In this document: positions 9,587-19,652 of the stretch, piece by piece
How the letters are laid out: each line of letters opens with the position of its first letter
How positions within the stretch are numbered: the first letter of the stretch is position 1
Assembly: GCA_963664225.1 (NCBI GenBank)
Contig: OY760937.1
Span: 5,088,001-5,152,000 of the forward strand
Source of the DNA: Verrucomicrobiia bacterium
Lineage (GTDB): Bacteria; Verrucomicrobiota; Verrucomicrobiia; Limisphaerales; UBA1319
Length of the DNA: 64,000 nt
Direction: 5' to 3'
Program-made: the position numbers and the translations under genes
Notes under the pieces: generated by a model
What the model was told of the DNA's origin: nothing
The model's input: only the letters and a program-made list of their open reading frames with translations
The model's database searches: none

Positions 9587-10903
9587 TTAGTCAATAAAGC
9601 TGTAGTCGTAAGGCTTGCGCATTTCGCGCGTGAGCCACTTGTCGGCCTCGGGGTCGTTGACAAATGTCTCGGCGTCCGGATTCCACTTCAGAGGCCGGCC
9701 CAAACGCACGGAGAGCACGCCCAAGTGAGCCACGGAGATGGAGCGGTGGCCAATTTCGGCTTCGCAGATGGGCGTTTTGCGGGAGCGGATGCATTCGAAG
9801 AAATTGCCCATGTGATTGTCGCTCTTGTAGAGGCGGATGGCGTTCGATGGCAATGGCTCTTCGATGAGTTCCTTTTTGCTGGCCTCAATTTTGCCACGGC
9901 TGACGAAAATCCAGCCTTCAGGACCCTCGAACCGGATGCCGTTCTCGAGTTTATGCGTGCTGTCGTCGCACACCGTCATGCGCACGCCATTGGCGTATTT
10001 GAACTCGATCTTGTATTTGGCGGCAGCGGTGTAGCCTCCGGGAATCATGTCGGCCAGCGATTTGCCGTTGATCTCGACAGGACCGGTGCGCTCGGTTCCA
10101 TTGGCCCATTGGGCGATGTCGTTATGGTGGGCGCCCCAATCGGTCATCTGGCCGCCGGAGTAATCATACCACCAGCGAAAATTCCAATGGGTGTTGTGGC
10201 CGTTGAAATCGACCTTGGGGGCCTGGCCGAGATAGTAATCGTAGTTGAGTTCAGCCGGCACAGGCAGCGCTTTGAAGGGGCCTTCGATGGGACCGGTGGG
10301 CAGGGCGACGACGATGTGCTCGATTTTGCCCAAACGCCCATTGCGGATCAGTTCACAGGCCAGGCGGAAACGCGGATCGCTGCGCTGCTGACTGCCAGTC
10401 TGGAAAATGGTTTTCTTGTCCTTGACAGCCTGGACCAATCGTTTGCCTTCGCCAATGGTGAGAGTAAGAGGCTTTTCGCTGTAGATGTCCTTGCCCGCCT
10501 TGATGGCGGCCAGGTTGACCAGTGTGTGCCAATGATCCGGTGTGCCCGTGATGACGACGTGAACATCTTCCCGTTCCATGACCTTGCGGAAGTCGTTGTA
10601 GATGACGGGCGTTTTGCCGTCTTTCGTAAATTGCTTTGCAGCCTCTTCAGCGTGTTTTTGATCGACATCGCAGACGGCGACGACGTCTCCGTAATTTTGA
10701 GCCCAGGAACAGTCGCCCCGACCCTGGCCACCACAGCCCACCAAGGCGATACCCGGTTTGTCATTTGGGGAAAGGGGTTTGGGAGTAGCGGCGTAGCTAT
10801 TGGATTCCTCGATGAACCAGAGGGGAAGGGCTGCGCCCGCTCCGGCAAATGCGGTGGCTTTCAAAAAGCTCCGCCGATTGATATGGATTTTAAATGAGTT
10901 CAT
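9587..10903 (-). CDS. Tat-exported Gfo/Idh/MocA family oxidoreductase
   Basis: NRRSFLK twin-arginine signal, GCGGQG Rossmann motif, TPDHWH, EKPL, GSQQRS, DWGAHHND. Confidence 0.92.
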   Translation of the reverse strand: MNSFKIHINRRSFLKATAFAGAGAALPLWFIEESNSYAATPKPLSPNDKPGIALVGCGGQGRGDCSWAQNYGDVVAVCDVDQKHAEEAAKQFTKDGKTPVIYNDFRKVMEREDVHVVITGTPDHWHTLVNLAAIKAGKDIYSEKPLTLTIGEGKRLVQAVKDKKTIFQTGSQQRSDPRFRLACELIRNGRLGKIEHIVVALPTGPIEGPFKALPVPAELNYDYYLGQAPKVDFNGHNTHWNFRWWYDYSGGQMTDWGAHHNDIAQWANGTERTGPVEINGKSLADMIPGGYTAAAKYKIEFKYANGVRMTVCDDSTHKLENGIRFEGPEGWIFVSRGKIEASKKELIEEPLPSNAIRLYKSDNHMGNFFECIRSRKTPICEAEIGHRSISVAHLGVLSVRLGRPLKWNPDAETFVNDPEADKWLTREMRKPYDYSFID

Positions 10904-11060
10904 GAAGTGGATTGGACTCTTAATGCAGAATGGCGTCAATGTGTAAATCGGATGAAAAAAACGCCGCGCATTTTATCAAAAAGGGATGAGTGTCCAAGGA
11001 TCAAAATAGACATGAGCGGACATGCCGTTCAAACCGTGATGCGCACAACTTGATGCGGGG

Positions 11061-12059
11061 TTATCGTTCCAGATTTGGAGTGGTTTTCTGACAGGTGGAT
11101 GGATATTGGATGAGAATATTGGCTGCAGTGATCAAGCTGCCACCGACAATCAAACGCAGTGTGAGGGATTCGTTGGCATAATTCAGGCCGCCGAGCGCCG
11201 AAAACCAGCCGGGCAAAACCAACGCAAAACAACTGGCAAAAAGCGGTTCACTGCAATAGATCAAACCGGCTTCAGTGGCGGAAACGTCTGGCTGCCAGCG
11301 GTTCATGAGCAGATAGGCTGCGAGGGTGCAGAGAAACACGAGCCAGCCAATGAAAAAGAGGACATGCGGAGCACTCAGGGCGACGATCCAATCGGTGGCA
11401 TGCTGAGTGGTGATGAGCGCCGTAGGAAAACAGGATAAGGCCATGATGGCAAACATGATGCAGGTGACCGTTTCGAATCGGTTTTTTCTAAATACAGAAC
11501 GTTCGAGCCAGACGATCTGACCTGTGAACAGAATGGAGCCTAGAAGGGTTTCCACCTCGCCCCGGCCCAATTGCATCGATTGCATCGCATGCCAATCCAA
11601 TTGGGCCAGGACGGCAACTCCGGCCATGACCACAATGCAACTGACGATGATACGCGTTGCGGGCCAGCGCCAATGGCGCAAAGCGACATACAGGGGAATG
11701 GTCACACAGTAGAACTGGGTTATAAAAGCCGAAGTTGAAGCGCTGGTGTAAGCCAGGCCGTCCATTTGAAAAAGAAGACCTGTTCCCCCAAACAAACCCA
11801 GGCCCAAGCCTTGCCAGCATTCCAACCAGGTGCATTGAGCCAGGCGCTTATTCAACCATAGCCCGAGGATAAGGGCCGCCAAACCGAAGCGCGCGCAGAG
11901 AGTCACCGAGGAGCAGAACCAGGTGCTCGCCTCGGGCAATAGCATGTGTTGGGCGGTCAAAATGGATTTGAGTGTTGGGAAACTGGTGCCCCAAAGCACT
12001 GTTGCCACCACCAGCCATTGTATCGCGCGCCATTTTTTCGATTCCGGGGAAACGGACAT
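11061..12059 (-). CDS. DMT/EamA family transporter
   Basis: About ten hydrophobic segments; LWGTSF, RF..AA, GLAYTSASTSAFIT, EPLFA. Confidence 0.88.
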   Translation of the reverse strand: MSVSPESKKWRAIQWLVVATVLWGTSFPTLKSILTAQHMLLPEASTWFCSSVTLCARFGLAALILGLWLNKRLAQCTWLECWQGLGLGLFGGTGLLFQMDGLAYTSASTSAFITQFYCVTIPLYVALRHWRWPATRIIVSCIVVMAGVAVLAQLDWHAMQSMQLGRGEVETLLGSILFTGQIVWLERSVFRKNRFETVTCIMFAIMALSCFPTALITTQHATDWIVALSAPHVLFFIGWLVFLCTLAAYLLMNRWQPDVSATEAGLIYCSEPLFASCFALVLPGWFSALGGLNYANESLTLRLIVGGSLITAANILIQYPSTCQKTTPNLER

Positions 12060-12385
12060 TGCCCGAGTCGTTTACCAGAAAAACCATCTCAAACAAGCTG
12101 CGAATGAAATTCCCGGCGTTGACGAAAGGTGTTTTCACCATCGAAAAGTTGAAAACAACTTGTGAAACAGAGGATAATGGCTGGTGCCGCGTTCTGTTTA
12201 ATCGAGGTTCCTTCGAACTGTGGATGTTTTTACAAGAGATGGCCGGCAAGCGGTTTATTTGACACGCTCTTGACGCACTTTACCCCCTTAAATTAGCCGC
12301 CAATCGGGCTTATCGCCTTTAAACGCAAGGGATTGAGGGGGAATGTAATAGTTCATATGTAGCCATACATATATCGATATTATAT

Positions 12386-12414
12386 TTGACTATAAAACGC
12401 GCGTAACGTATTAT
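12386..12414 (+). promoter_or_regulatory. Sigma70-like promoter of the transposase
   Basis: TTGACT-N17-TATTAT, ending 9 nt before ATG 12424. Confidence 0.55.
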
Positions 12415-12423
12415 GTGGCCATT

Positions 12424-14052
12424 ATGAAGTCCGGCAAGCGTTTCCACCTCGAAATCCAAAGCCACAGGGCCAATCCCATCGGCCTGATCCGCTCTTCCTA
12501 CCGCGACTCCGACACCCAAGCTGTCAAACACACCCAGCACGGGCGCATCACCGGCGTGTCCCTGGACCAGCTCAAGCTGATCCAGGCCGCCTTTCAGGGC
12601 AAGGTCGTCCCCAAGGAGGATCCCAACGCCTTCCAATGCACCGATTCCAGGGAATACGGGGCCAGCCATGCCGTTGTGGAAACGGCCCGCCAATTGGGTT
12701 TGGACACCATTCTTTACTCCCGCAACGAGCCGTGGGTCCGGGATTGCCTGGCCATGATTGCTGGCCGGGTGGTTTATGCGGGCAGCAAACTGGCCCTGTC
12801 CCACCAGACCAAAAACAGCGCTCTGTGGGAGATCTGCGGGGTCACTGGCGAGGTGGATGTTGAAGACCACTGCTACCGGCCGATGGACCGGTTGCTGGAG
12901 CGCCAGGAGGCCATTCAAAAAGCCCTGGCCAAAAAACATCTGCGCAATGGCCATGTCGTGCTCTACGACATCACCAGCAGCTATTTTGAGGGGGCCTACG
13001 AGCAAAGCGACGTCGTGCTTTTCGGCTACAACCGGGACTGCAAGAGCGGACACGAGCAGGTGGTCCTGGGTTTGCTCTGCGACGAGCGGGGCTGTCCGGT
13101 GGGCATCGAACTCTTTGCGGGCAACACGCAGGATGCCCAGACGGTGATCGATAAAATCCAGGAGCTGCGCCGTGAATACGGTTTGAGCGAGGTGACCTTC
13201 GTGGGCGACCGGGGCATGATCACCCAGGCCAACGCGCAGAAGCTTGAAAAGGTCCAGGGACTGCACACGCTCAGCGCGCTGACCCATCGGCAGATGTTCG
13301 AACTGCTGGAGCGCAAAGTCATCCAACTCGAATTGTTCGACGAAAAGAAGATCGCCGAGGTGACCGACCCGGACAAGCCCGGCCAGCGCTATTGTCTCTG
13401 CCGCAATCCAGACACTCAGGCCCGGGAAACGGCCACCCGCCAACGGTTGCTCGAGCTCACCCGCCAGGGTATGGACAAGCTCGTCGAGCCCAAGAAAAAA
13501 AGGACCCCTGAGAAACTCGGTTCCCAGGTGGGGCGGCTGCTGGAAAAATACAAAATGGGTAAATTCATCCACTGGGAGGTTAAAGAGGGGCGGCTGGAAT
13601 ACCATTTGAAGCAGGAAGCCATCGGGCAGGAACAACTGCTGGACGGCTGTTACATTATTACCACCACCGTGACGGAAAGCCAGATGAAGACGGCCCAAGT
13701 GGTGGCCACCTACAAAAGCCTCACCTTTGTCGAGCAGGCCTTCCGCACCCTCAAGACCGTGGCCCTGGAGATTCGGCCGGTGTATCACAAAAAGGATGAT
13801 CGCATCCGCAGCCATGTGTTTTTATGCATGCTCGCCTATTACGTTTACTGGCACATGAAGCAACGATTGCAGCCGCTCTTTGAAAAGGATGGCAAGGGAA
13901 AGAAACGTCAATGGACCATGGAAAATGTGATTGAGCATTTGCGCGGCATCCGCAAACAACAAGTCAGCGTGGGCGGCGTGCACTTTGAGCAAATCTCTCA
14001 GCCCAACGAACAGCAGCAGGAAATCCTGAATCTGCTCGGAATCAAGCTGTAG
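12424..14052 (+). CDS. IS1634-family DDE transposase
   Basis: LYDITSSYFEG, FGYNRD, VGDRGM, YK.L..VEQAFRTLK, RPVYH...RIRSHVFLCMLAY. ORF track start is GTG 12415. Confidence 0.93.
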   Translation: MKSGKRFHLEIQSHRANPIGLIRSSYRDSDTQAVKHTQHGRITGVSLDQLKLIQAAFQGKVVPKEDPNAFQCTDSREYGASHAVVETARQLGLDTILYSRNEPWVRDCLAMIAGRVVYAGSKLALSHQTKNSALWEICGVTGEVDVEDHCYRPMDRLLERQEAIQKALAKKHLRNGHVVLYDITSSYFEGAYEQSDVVLFGYNRDCKSGHEQVVLGLLCDERGCPVGIELFAGNTQDAQTVIDKIQELRREYGLSEVTFVGDRGMITQANAQKLEKVQGLHTLSALTHRQMFELLERKVIQLELFDEKKIAEVTDPDKPGQRYCLCRNPDTQARETATRQRLLELTRQGMDKLVEPKKKRTPEKLGSQVGRLLEKYKMGKFIHWEVKEGRLEYHLKQEAIGQEQLLDGCYIITTTVTESQMKTAQVVATYKSLTFVEQAFRTLKTVALEIRPVYHKKDDRIRSHVFLCMLAYYVYWHMKQRLQPLFEKDGKGKKRQWTMENVIEHLRGIRKQQVSVGGVHFEQISQPNEQQQEILNLLGIKL

Positions 14053-14202
14053 CCATTTTGTTGAAATTCAAAATGAGTTCCACACCCTTGATTCTATTGG
14101 AGATTTCTTGTTTTTAAGCGGGGTAAAGTGCGTCTTGAACAGGCGCAATCCACTTGAACCAATGACTAAGTTGACATCCAACTCTCCACTTCAGTGTCGA
14201 TT

Positions 14203-15819
14203 TCAAATGGATTTGGATGCAGGATCAGAAGACGCAGGAGTCACGTGGAATGGGAGCGATCCGATGCTCTTTCGAAGGTAGCTCATGATGTCCAGCAGGT
14301 TCAATGTGCCTTCGGTGGAGATGGGGTTATTCCGTGTTTGCTGGAGGGATGAAAGGTTGGTTCCAGTTTGGTAAATCAGGCAAGGGATGTATTCCTTACC
14401 GTCCGAAACATCGGAATGGAAGAGGTCTGATTTGATTGATGCCGTGTGATCCCCATACATGACCAGCGTCGTGCCAGAAGGCAATTGGTGGAAGAAGTCA
14501 GCGAGGCAGTTGTCCAAATAACGCAATGCGTTAATGTAGCGTTCCGCGTCGTTTTGCGGGTTGGAAAAGAGCTGCATATCCCCGGGCAGCAATTGCTGGA
14601 AAGGCGTATGGGTGTCCAGGGTAATGGCAAAGATATAGGCGCGGGATTCGCTTCGCATGCCCTTAAGAAGAGAGCTGAATAGGGCGGCGTCACGAATTCC
14701 AATGCTGCTGGTGGGGAGGTTTTCCCTGACGAGTTGCTCCTTAAAGAAAACATGGTCGAAGCCGAGTTGGTCCATCACTGTTCCCCGGCCGTAAAAAAGG
14801 GCGGTGTTGCCGTGGTAGAAAAAGGAGGCGAATCCGTGCGCTTCCATGAACTGCGGCATGGCGTTCGTATAGACCAGGCCGGGCAACCGGTAGGGAACCA
14901 TGCCGGGATAAGGTTCATAGCCGGTGGTGGCGGCATAATCCATATCGCAACTGCCGCTCGAGTGGAAGGACAGGAGTCGGAAATACATGCTCTCTTCCTT
15001 GAGACTTCGCAGAAACGGCATCACGGACTTGCCATTTACCTCGGCGGCTATCGCATTTCCTCCCACCGACTCCAATTGGAGCACTATTAAATGACCCGGA
15101 ACATGGACGGGGGTTTCCAATGGGGAAAGGCGATCGTAGCGATGGGTCAGGTATTCCTGGGCGCGTTGGGAATGAGCCTTGATGTCCCGATTCGCCAGGA
15201 TGTCGCAAATCCAAGGGAGGGTGTAACCATAGGTGTAAACGGCTCGTCCCATGGCTGCGTTGGGCTTGAGGCTCAGCTTGAATGAAGTCAGTTGGAGCGC
15301 CAGAATTGGAATGGTGATTACCGCTACAAATGCCGCCAGAATGCGCCTGCGGACGGGCGGAGCGATCTTGTGGGAGCCGGATTTCCACAATAACCAGAAC
15401 TGAACTGTCACCGATCCCAGCAGCACTGCCAAGGTGTCCCAGGCGATGAAACTGAAAAGATGAGATCCCATGCTCAAGCCCTCCCGCCACTGGTAGCAGG
15501 CTTGAACCGGCAGCAGCGGCCCATGAAAATAGGCTGAGTAAGTTCCAAGGACGGTCAGGGCCATGAAATTCAAGCCGATCAGCGGCATGAGAAGTCTGCG
15601 GGGGAGTAATAAGACCGCCAGAAGGGTCACGCTCAGATCCAGAAAGAACCGAAAGCCCTGATAGAGCAGTGGGTGCTTCATCCAAGGCACCGTCTCGAAA
15701 GCCTTGCTCTGAATCCAAAACAAAACCATCGCCCAAACCAGCGGGCAGAGAAAACGATATAACACCCAAGTTTTATTGGTTTGCCAGGCATTCCGCCAGA
15801 ATTCGGCCATATTGTTCAT
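14203..15819 (-). CDS. LTA synthase family / sulfatase-like membrane protein
   Basis: N-terminal hydrophobic helices, then alkaline-phosphatase superfamily motifs IVLQLES, FFYHGN...FY.R, T.DTHTPF, YGDH. Confidence 0.8.
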   Translation of the reverse strand: MNNMAEFWRNAWQTNKTWVLYRFLCPLVWAMVLFWIQSKAFETVPWMKHPLLYQGFRFFLDLSVTLLAVLLLPRRLLMPLIGLNFMALTVLGTYSAYFHGPLLPVQACYQWREGLSMGSHLFSFIAWDTLAVLLGSVTVQFWLLWKSGSHKIAPPVRRRILAAFVAVITIPILALQLTSFKLSLKPNAAMGRAVYTYGYTLPWICDILANRDIKAHSQRAQEYLTHRYDRLSPLETPVHVPGHLIVLQLESVGGNAIAAEVNGKSVMPFLRSLKEESMYFRLLSFHSSGSCDMDYAATTGYEPYPGMVPYRLPGLVYTNAMPQFMEAHGFASFFYHGNTALFYGRGTVMDQLGFDHVFFKEQLVRENLPTSSIGIRDAALFSSLLKGMRSESRAYIFAITLDTHTPFQQLLPGDMQLFSNPQNDAERYINALRYLDNCLADFFHQLPSGTTLVMYGDHTASIKSDLFHSDVSDGKEYIPCLIYQTGTNLSSLQQTRNNPISTEGTLNLLDIMSYLRKSIGSLPFHVTPASSDPASKSI

Positions 15820-15897
15820 TCCGCTTTCAACTCAGGTTGTCGAATAATAAAGACAACCCTTGCATATCAAAACGATTCTTTGAGTTGCAGGAAAAAT

Positions 15898-15913
15898 AGC
15901 AAATTCTGTGCCA
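15898..15913 (-). promoter_or_regulatory. Sigma54 (-24/-12) promoter upstream of the LTA-synthase-like gene
   Basis: Minus strand TGGCACAGAATTTGCT matches TGGCAC-N5-TTGC with exact spacing, about 80 nt before the start codon. Confidence 0.65.
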
Positions 15914-16028
15914 GGCAATGAGGGGCATCAAACCGAGGAAAAGGAGGGCTGATCCCTGCCGGGGCCGTGGAAGATCTGGGGCGAGATGGGGTGTGTCCGT
16001 CGAGGACGGATGACAGGCTTTCCGGGCC

Positions 16029-16832
16029 CTACTTAAATGTGGTTCGTTGAGCGATCCAGAGGATGTCCCGCTTGTCCGAGTCCACGGCGACAGGAAAGCC
16101 GTCCGTGTTTTTCAGAACCGGTCTTTTTGTGGATGGAGACAGCCATTTCTTAATCTCGGCGTGGCCGTCGGCGAAGGAGAAGCCGCAGGCACCATTGTGA
16201 TAGGAAGCTGGAAGGTCACTCCATGTCCAACGCTCGCTGGGGTCGGCGCTGGTGCACCAAACGTACCAACCGTCGTTAATACTGTCGGGATGCTCGTCCA
16301 GAGTGACAAAGATCATGGAGGGATTCTTGATATCGGTGAGTTTGATGAACTGCCGCCAGGCGGCGTTGATCGCGGAGCCGGAGTCGTCGAAGGGACCGAC
16401 AAACGCGTTCATGGAAATGCTCCTCGTACGCTGTCCAAAGGGGCAGGGGATAAGATCGGCTGGACATTTGAAGACACCGACGTTTTTGGAGACATAACGT
16501 CCCAAGAGCGCTCCTCTGATTAAATCCAGGTTCGTGTTCTGGGGGTCGGCGGTCCAACTCATGACGTTGCCGACCCAGTTGTTGCTGGGATTGTTTACGG
16601 TTCCGGCGGCGGTTTTATTGTAAACCAAACGGTCGGTGTAGTCATCGGCATACATGCGCCAGGCCAGGATGAGCTGTTTGTTGTTGTTCATGCACATGAT
16701 GCCCTGTCCTTTGGCCTTGGCCTTGGAAAGGGCGGGGAGCAGCATGCCAGCCAGAATTGCAATAATGGCAATGACGACGAGCAGTTCAATCAAGGTGAAT
16801 GCTCCATTAACGCGAGGATGAAACCTTTTCAT
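16029..16832 (-). CDS. Prepilin-type N-terminal cleavage/methylation protein with H-X9-DG motif
   Basis: [27 protein letters not shown]-terminal [13 protein letters not shown]. Likely start MKRFHP at 16832. Confidence 0.92.
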   Translation of the reverse strand: MKRFHPRVNGAFTLIELLVVIAIIAILAGMLLPALSKAKAKGQGIMCMNNNKQLILAWRMYADDYTDRLVYNKTAAGTVNNPSNNWVGNVMSWTADPQNTNLDLIRGALLGRYVSKNVGVFKCPADLIPCPFGQRTRSISMNAFVGPFDDSGSAINAAWRQFIKLTDIKNPSMIFVTLDEHPDSINDGWYVWCTSADPSERWTWSDLPASYHNGACGFSFADGHAEIKKWLSPSTKRPVLKNTDGFPVAVDSDKRDILWIAQRTTFK

Positions 16833-17064
16833 ACTTCGAGGGGATGCTGGAGAATTGTCGAACACCACAAAGGGGATCGCCATATTTGAATGAGTTTCAG
16901 CCTGTCGTTTTTTGCGTGAGCCTGTTGTATCAAGATACGTCGTTCCACAGGGCAATCAACAGGTCAAAAGCAATGGAATTGAATCAAGCGGCGTCTCCAC
17001 CGGCTTTGCTAAAGGCCACAGGGCCTTCGACTCGTGCCGGGGAGACGCCGCCGTTTGAACGGGA

Positions 17065-19320
17065 TTATTTGGCCAGACGATAATACCGGGTGCCAGCCAC
17101 CGGCTGTGTCACTGTGATTTGGTCGCCCACCACTGTGGAACCATCCGTCACCGTTGTCCATTGTGGCGTCATCAGGTTCGTTGTGGATTGCAGACTGTAA
17201 TCGGGGGCGTTCGTCGTCCAGAAAAGGCGCACCTTACTGTCGGGCTGCGAAAGAATGCCCAGAGTCGGGGGCGCCGCGTTGAGGGTCGCCGCGAGCAGAT
17301 ACACGATACTGTTGGTCGTGCTCGCGTCCGTCGGCTTGGCGGGCAGGACGATGCTCGAAAGCGTTTTCGACGGATTGAGCGTGTATTGGCGATCAAGTAA
17401 AACGATGCCGCCGTAAGTGGACGTGGGCTCGGCAGCGGGGGTGTTTTTCAAACCGTCGAAGACCCGATGATCCGTTTGAATCACGATATTACCCGAGTAG
17501 GCGGCCATCCAGAACATGGCGCCACCCCAGCCGTCGCCCGTGCTGGCATCGCCGATTTTCACAAACACCTCTTTTGCCGGGTTGTTGGTCAACGCGGGGG
17601 AAAGGTCGATTGTGTAATAGCCCTTATTCACTTCGTTATGTTCGTCATATCCAATGATGTCCTGAGAATTCAGAACGGGCTCATAGCCCAATTCCTGATG
17701 GTTTATGACCGACATGGCGAAGAGATTGCCGCCCCAACCGTCTTCTGGAGTGGTGTCGCCGATCCAGACCTGGAAGGTGTTTGAAGTGCTTTGGCCCAGA
17801 TATTTCGAAACGTCCACATCCACGTAAGCCTCAGCGGTATGGTTGTAATTGGATAGCTCCATTGACCACTCGCCAGCGTTGCCGGCGCGCATTTGGACCA
17901 GATACCCGTTGCCGAGCTTCATGTGCGCAATGGCGTTGGTGGACTCGGTCGGAAGAGTGAACTGGTAAATGACGTAACTGGTGCCGTCCATAAAACGATG
18001 GCCGGGATCGCTTCCGTTGCTGCTGTCCGCGTCGAACAGGAAATTGGTTTCGCTGTCGGTGGTCGGTATGAAGCTGGCGTATGTAACGACCGGATCCGTC
18101 GAACCATGCATCGACACCAGGAAGTTATTGGCCAGGTCCATGGTCAGTTTGGCGTTGGTCGTGTTGGTGGGGAAGGTGAATTTGTAGGTCACACTGCCGT
18201 TGCCATCCGCAAAGCGGTATCCGCGGCCGGTGGGACCGGACGCGCTGTTGTCATAAAGGTAGGGAGTCTCGTTGGTTGTACCCACATCGAACATGGCGTA
18301 CATCGTGGCCCCGGAGGTGTTTACCACGGGATCAAGCCGCTGCGAGTAATATACGGGGGTGCCGTTGTAGAGGCGGATCTGCTGCATGAATGGGCCCCAG
18401 CCATCGTTGGGCGTCGCGTCAGTGAACAGGATGTAGATCTCGCCGGTGCCCGCGGCCAAGAGCGTGGAAGCGTCAAAGGTGTATTCCTTCAAATTCGCCA
18501 GGTTGTGCTCCGAGTGCCCATAGATCACGGATGAGTTGGCGAGGATGGTCCAGCCGTTGGTGCGGAATTGGAAGTTGGCGGGATCATTGTCAGGTGTAAA
18601 TGACGTTGCCACCGAGACCACGAAATCGTTGCCGACCGTGATTCCGAGTGTGGCTTTTGAGATGCCGGTGGGGACGGGAATTCGATAAACCATGTAGTTA
18701 TTTCCGTCCACAAACCGCCGGGAGGAGTCCACACCGCTCGATTGATCGAAGTAGATAAATGGCGCCTCATCCGCACCTCCCGTGGTCGGGAAATTCGCGT
18801 AGGTCGTGACGTCGCTGTTATCCGTGGCATTCAGGATCGCGTGGTCAAAGGCGTTGGGACTGGCGAGCCAACCCGGCACCGGTCCGAACCGATTCGTGTC
18901 CTTCGATCCATCGGCATAATTGAACACGATTGAATTAAAGGGCCAACCGAAGCCATTTGGGGCGTCCAGCAATGCGAGATCCAGCGAGGAATAGTTACCG
19001 GCCGGGACAGTGATGGTCTGGCCATTGACGGTGGCGCCATCCAGGGTGGACGACCCCTTGAGATTTCCAAACTTGAAGGTTGTGAGCCCATCCTGGGTGG
19101 CTATCGGCACGCCGTCCACGTAGTTCGCCGGCAGAGTGGACGAGTCAACGCGGTTTCCGTTGACGTCCAGGCCGGTCCCCAGACCCAAGCCGCCGCTTTC
19201 CAGGAAGACGTCGGTATCGAAGAGAGTGTCCAGCGCGATGTGAGGCGAAGCTGCGAACAGCGATCCGGTCGCCATTAGTGAAGACAAAACCACAATAATT
19301 CGTTTCATAGTTTTCTTCAT
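17065..19320 (-). CDS. Secreted modular protein with three repeated beta-sandwich-like modules and a C-terminal ...YYRL domain
   Basis: Signal peptide; three RFxDG...Y.F/I and three D.T/S..DGWG motifs; ends with LFW...YSLQSTTNL...W...TRYYRLAK. Confidence 0.8.
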   Translation of the reverse strand: MKKTMKRIIVVLSSLMATGSLFAASPHIALDTLFDTDVFLESGGLGLGTGLDVNGNRVDSSTLPANYVDGVPIATQDGLTTFKFGNLKGSSTLDGATVNGQTITVPAGNYSSLDLALLDAPNGFGWPFNSIVFNYADGSKDTNRFGPVPGWLASPNAFDHAILNATDNSDVTTYANFPTTGGADEAPFIYFDQSSGVDSSRRFVDGNNYMVYRIPVPTGISKATLGITVGNDFVVSVATSFTPDNDPANFQFRTNGWTILANSSVIYGHSEHNLANLKEYTFDASTLLAAGTGEIYILFTDATPNDGWGPFMQQIRLYNGTPVYYSQRLDPVVNTSGATMYAMFDVGTTNETPYLYDNSASGPTGRGYRFADGNGSVTYKFTFPTNTTNAKLTMDLANNFLVSMHGSTDPVVTYASFIPTTDSETNFLFDADSSNGSDPGHRFMDGTSYVIYQFTLPTESTNAIAHMKLGNGYLVQMRAGNAGEWSMELSNYNHTAEAYVDVDVSKYLGQSTSNTFQVWIGDTTPEDGWGGNLFAMSVINHQELGYEPVLNSQDIIGYDEHNEVNKGYYTIDLSPALTNNPAKEVFVKIGDASTGDGWGGAMFWMAAYSGNIVIQTDHRVFDGLKNTPAAEPTSTYGGIVLLDRQYTLNPSKTLSSIVLPAKPTDASTTNSIVYLLAATLNAAPPTLGILSQPDSKVRLFWTTNAPDYSLQSTTNLMTPQWTTVTDGSTVVGDQITVTQPVAGTRYYRLAK

Positions 19321-19652
19321 ACGGACCTTTTTCTGGTTGAGGAAACTGGTTTGAAACTTCTCAGGTCGTATGGATTAACGATAATAATGCCAGTGCTGAA
19401 TCCCGTTTGCAAGCCTTAAATTTATTCTGGGAACAAGCGAACAATCGGGTATGAAATGAGAAATTCAAACGGATGACCCAAACGCATAGGAAGTGGAAAG
19501 GATTAACCACAGACGCACAGGGGCCAGAGGTCCGAGCCAGAAGGCCCGCATTTCCCATTGCCATGGATTTATGAGCGGGTAAGCTGGATATCACAGCAAA
19601 CAACATAACCCCTGAGGGTGTCGTATGACGCCTTCGCAACGATCATGAAACT

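Larger units (their letters stand above)
12274..14132 (+). mobile_element. IS1634-family insertion sequence, 1859 bp, apparently intact
   Basis: Terminal inverted repeats CGCACTTTACCCC(C)TTAAA on the left and TTTAAGCGGGGTAAAGTGCG on the right; direct repeat TCTTGA at 12268-12273 and 14133-14138. Confidence 0.92.

Noticed and set aside
12319..13815. 498-aa antisense ORF inside the IS
   Set aside because: Fully overlaps the transposase on the opposite strand and has no domain signature.
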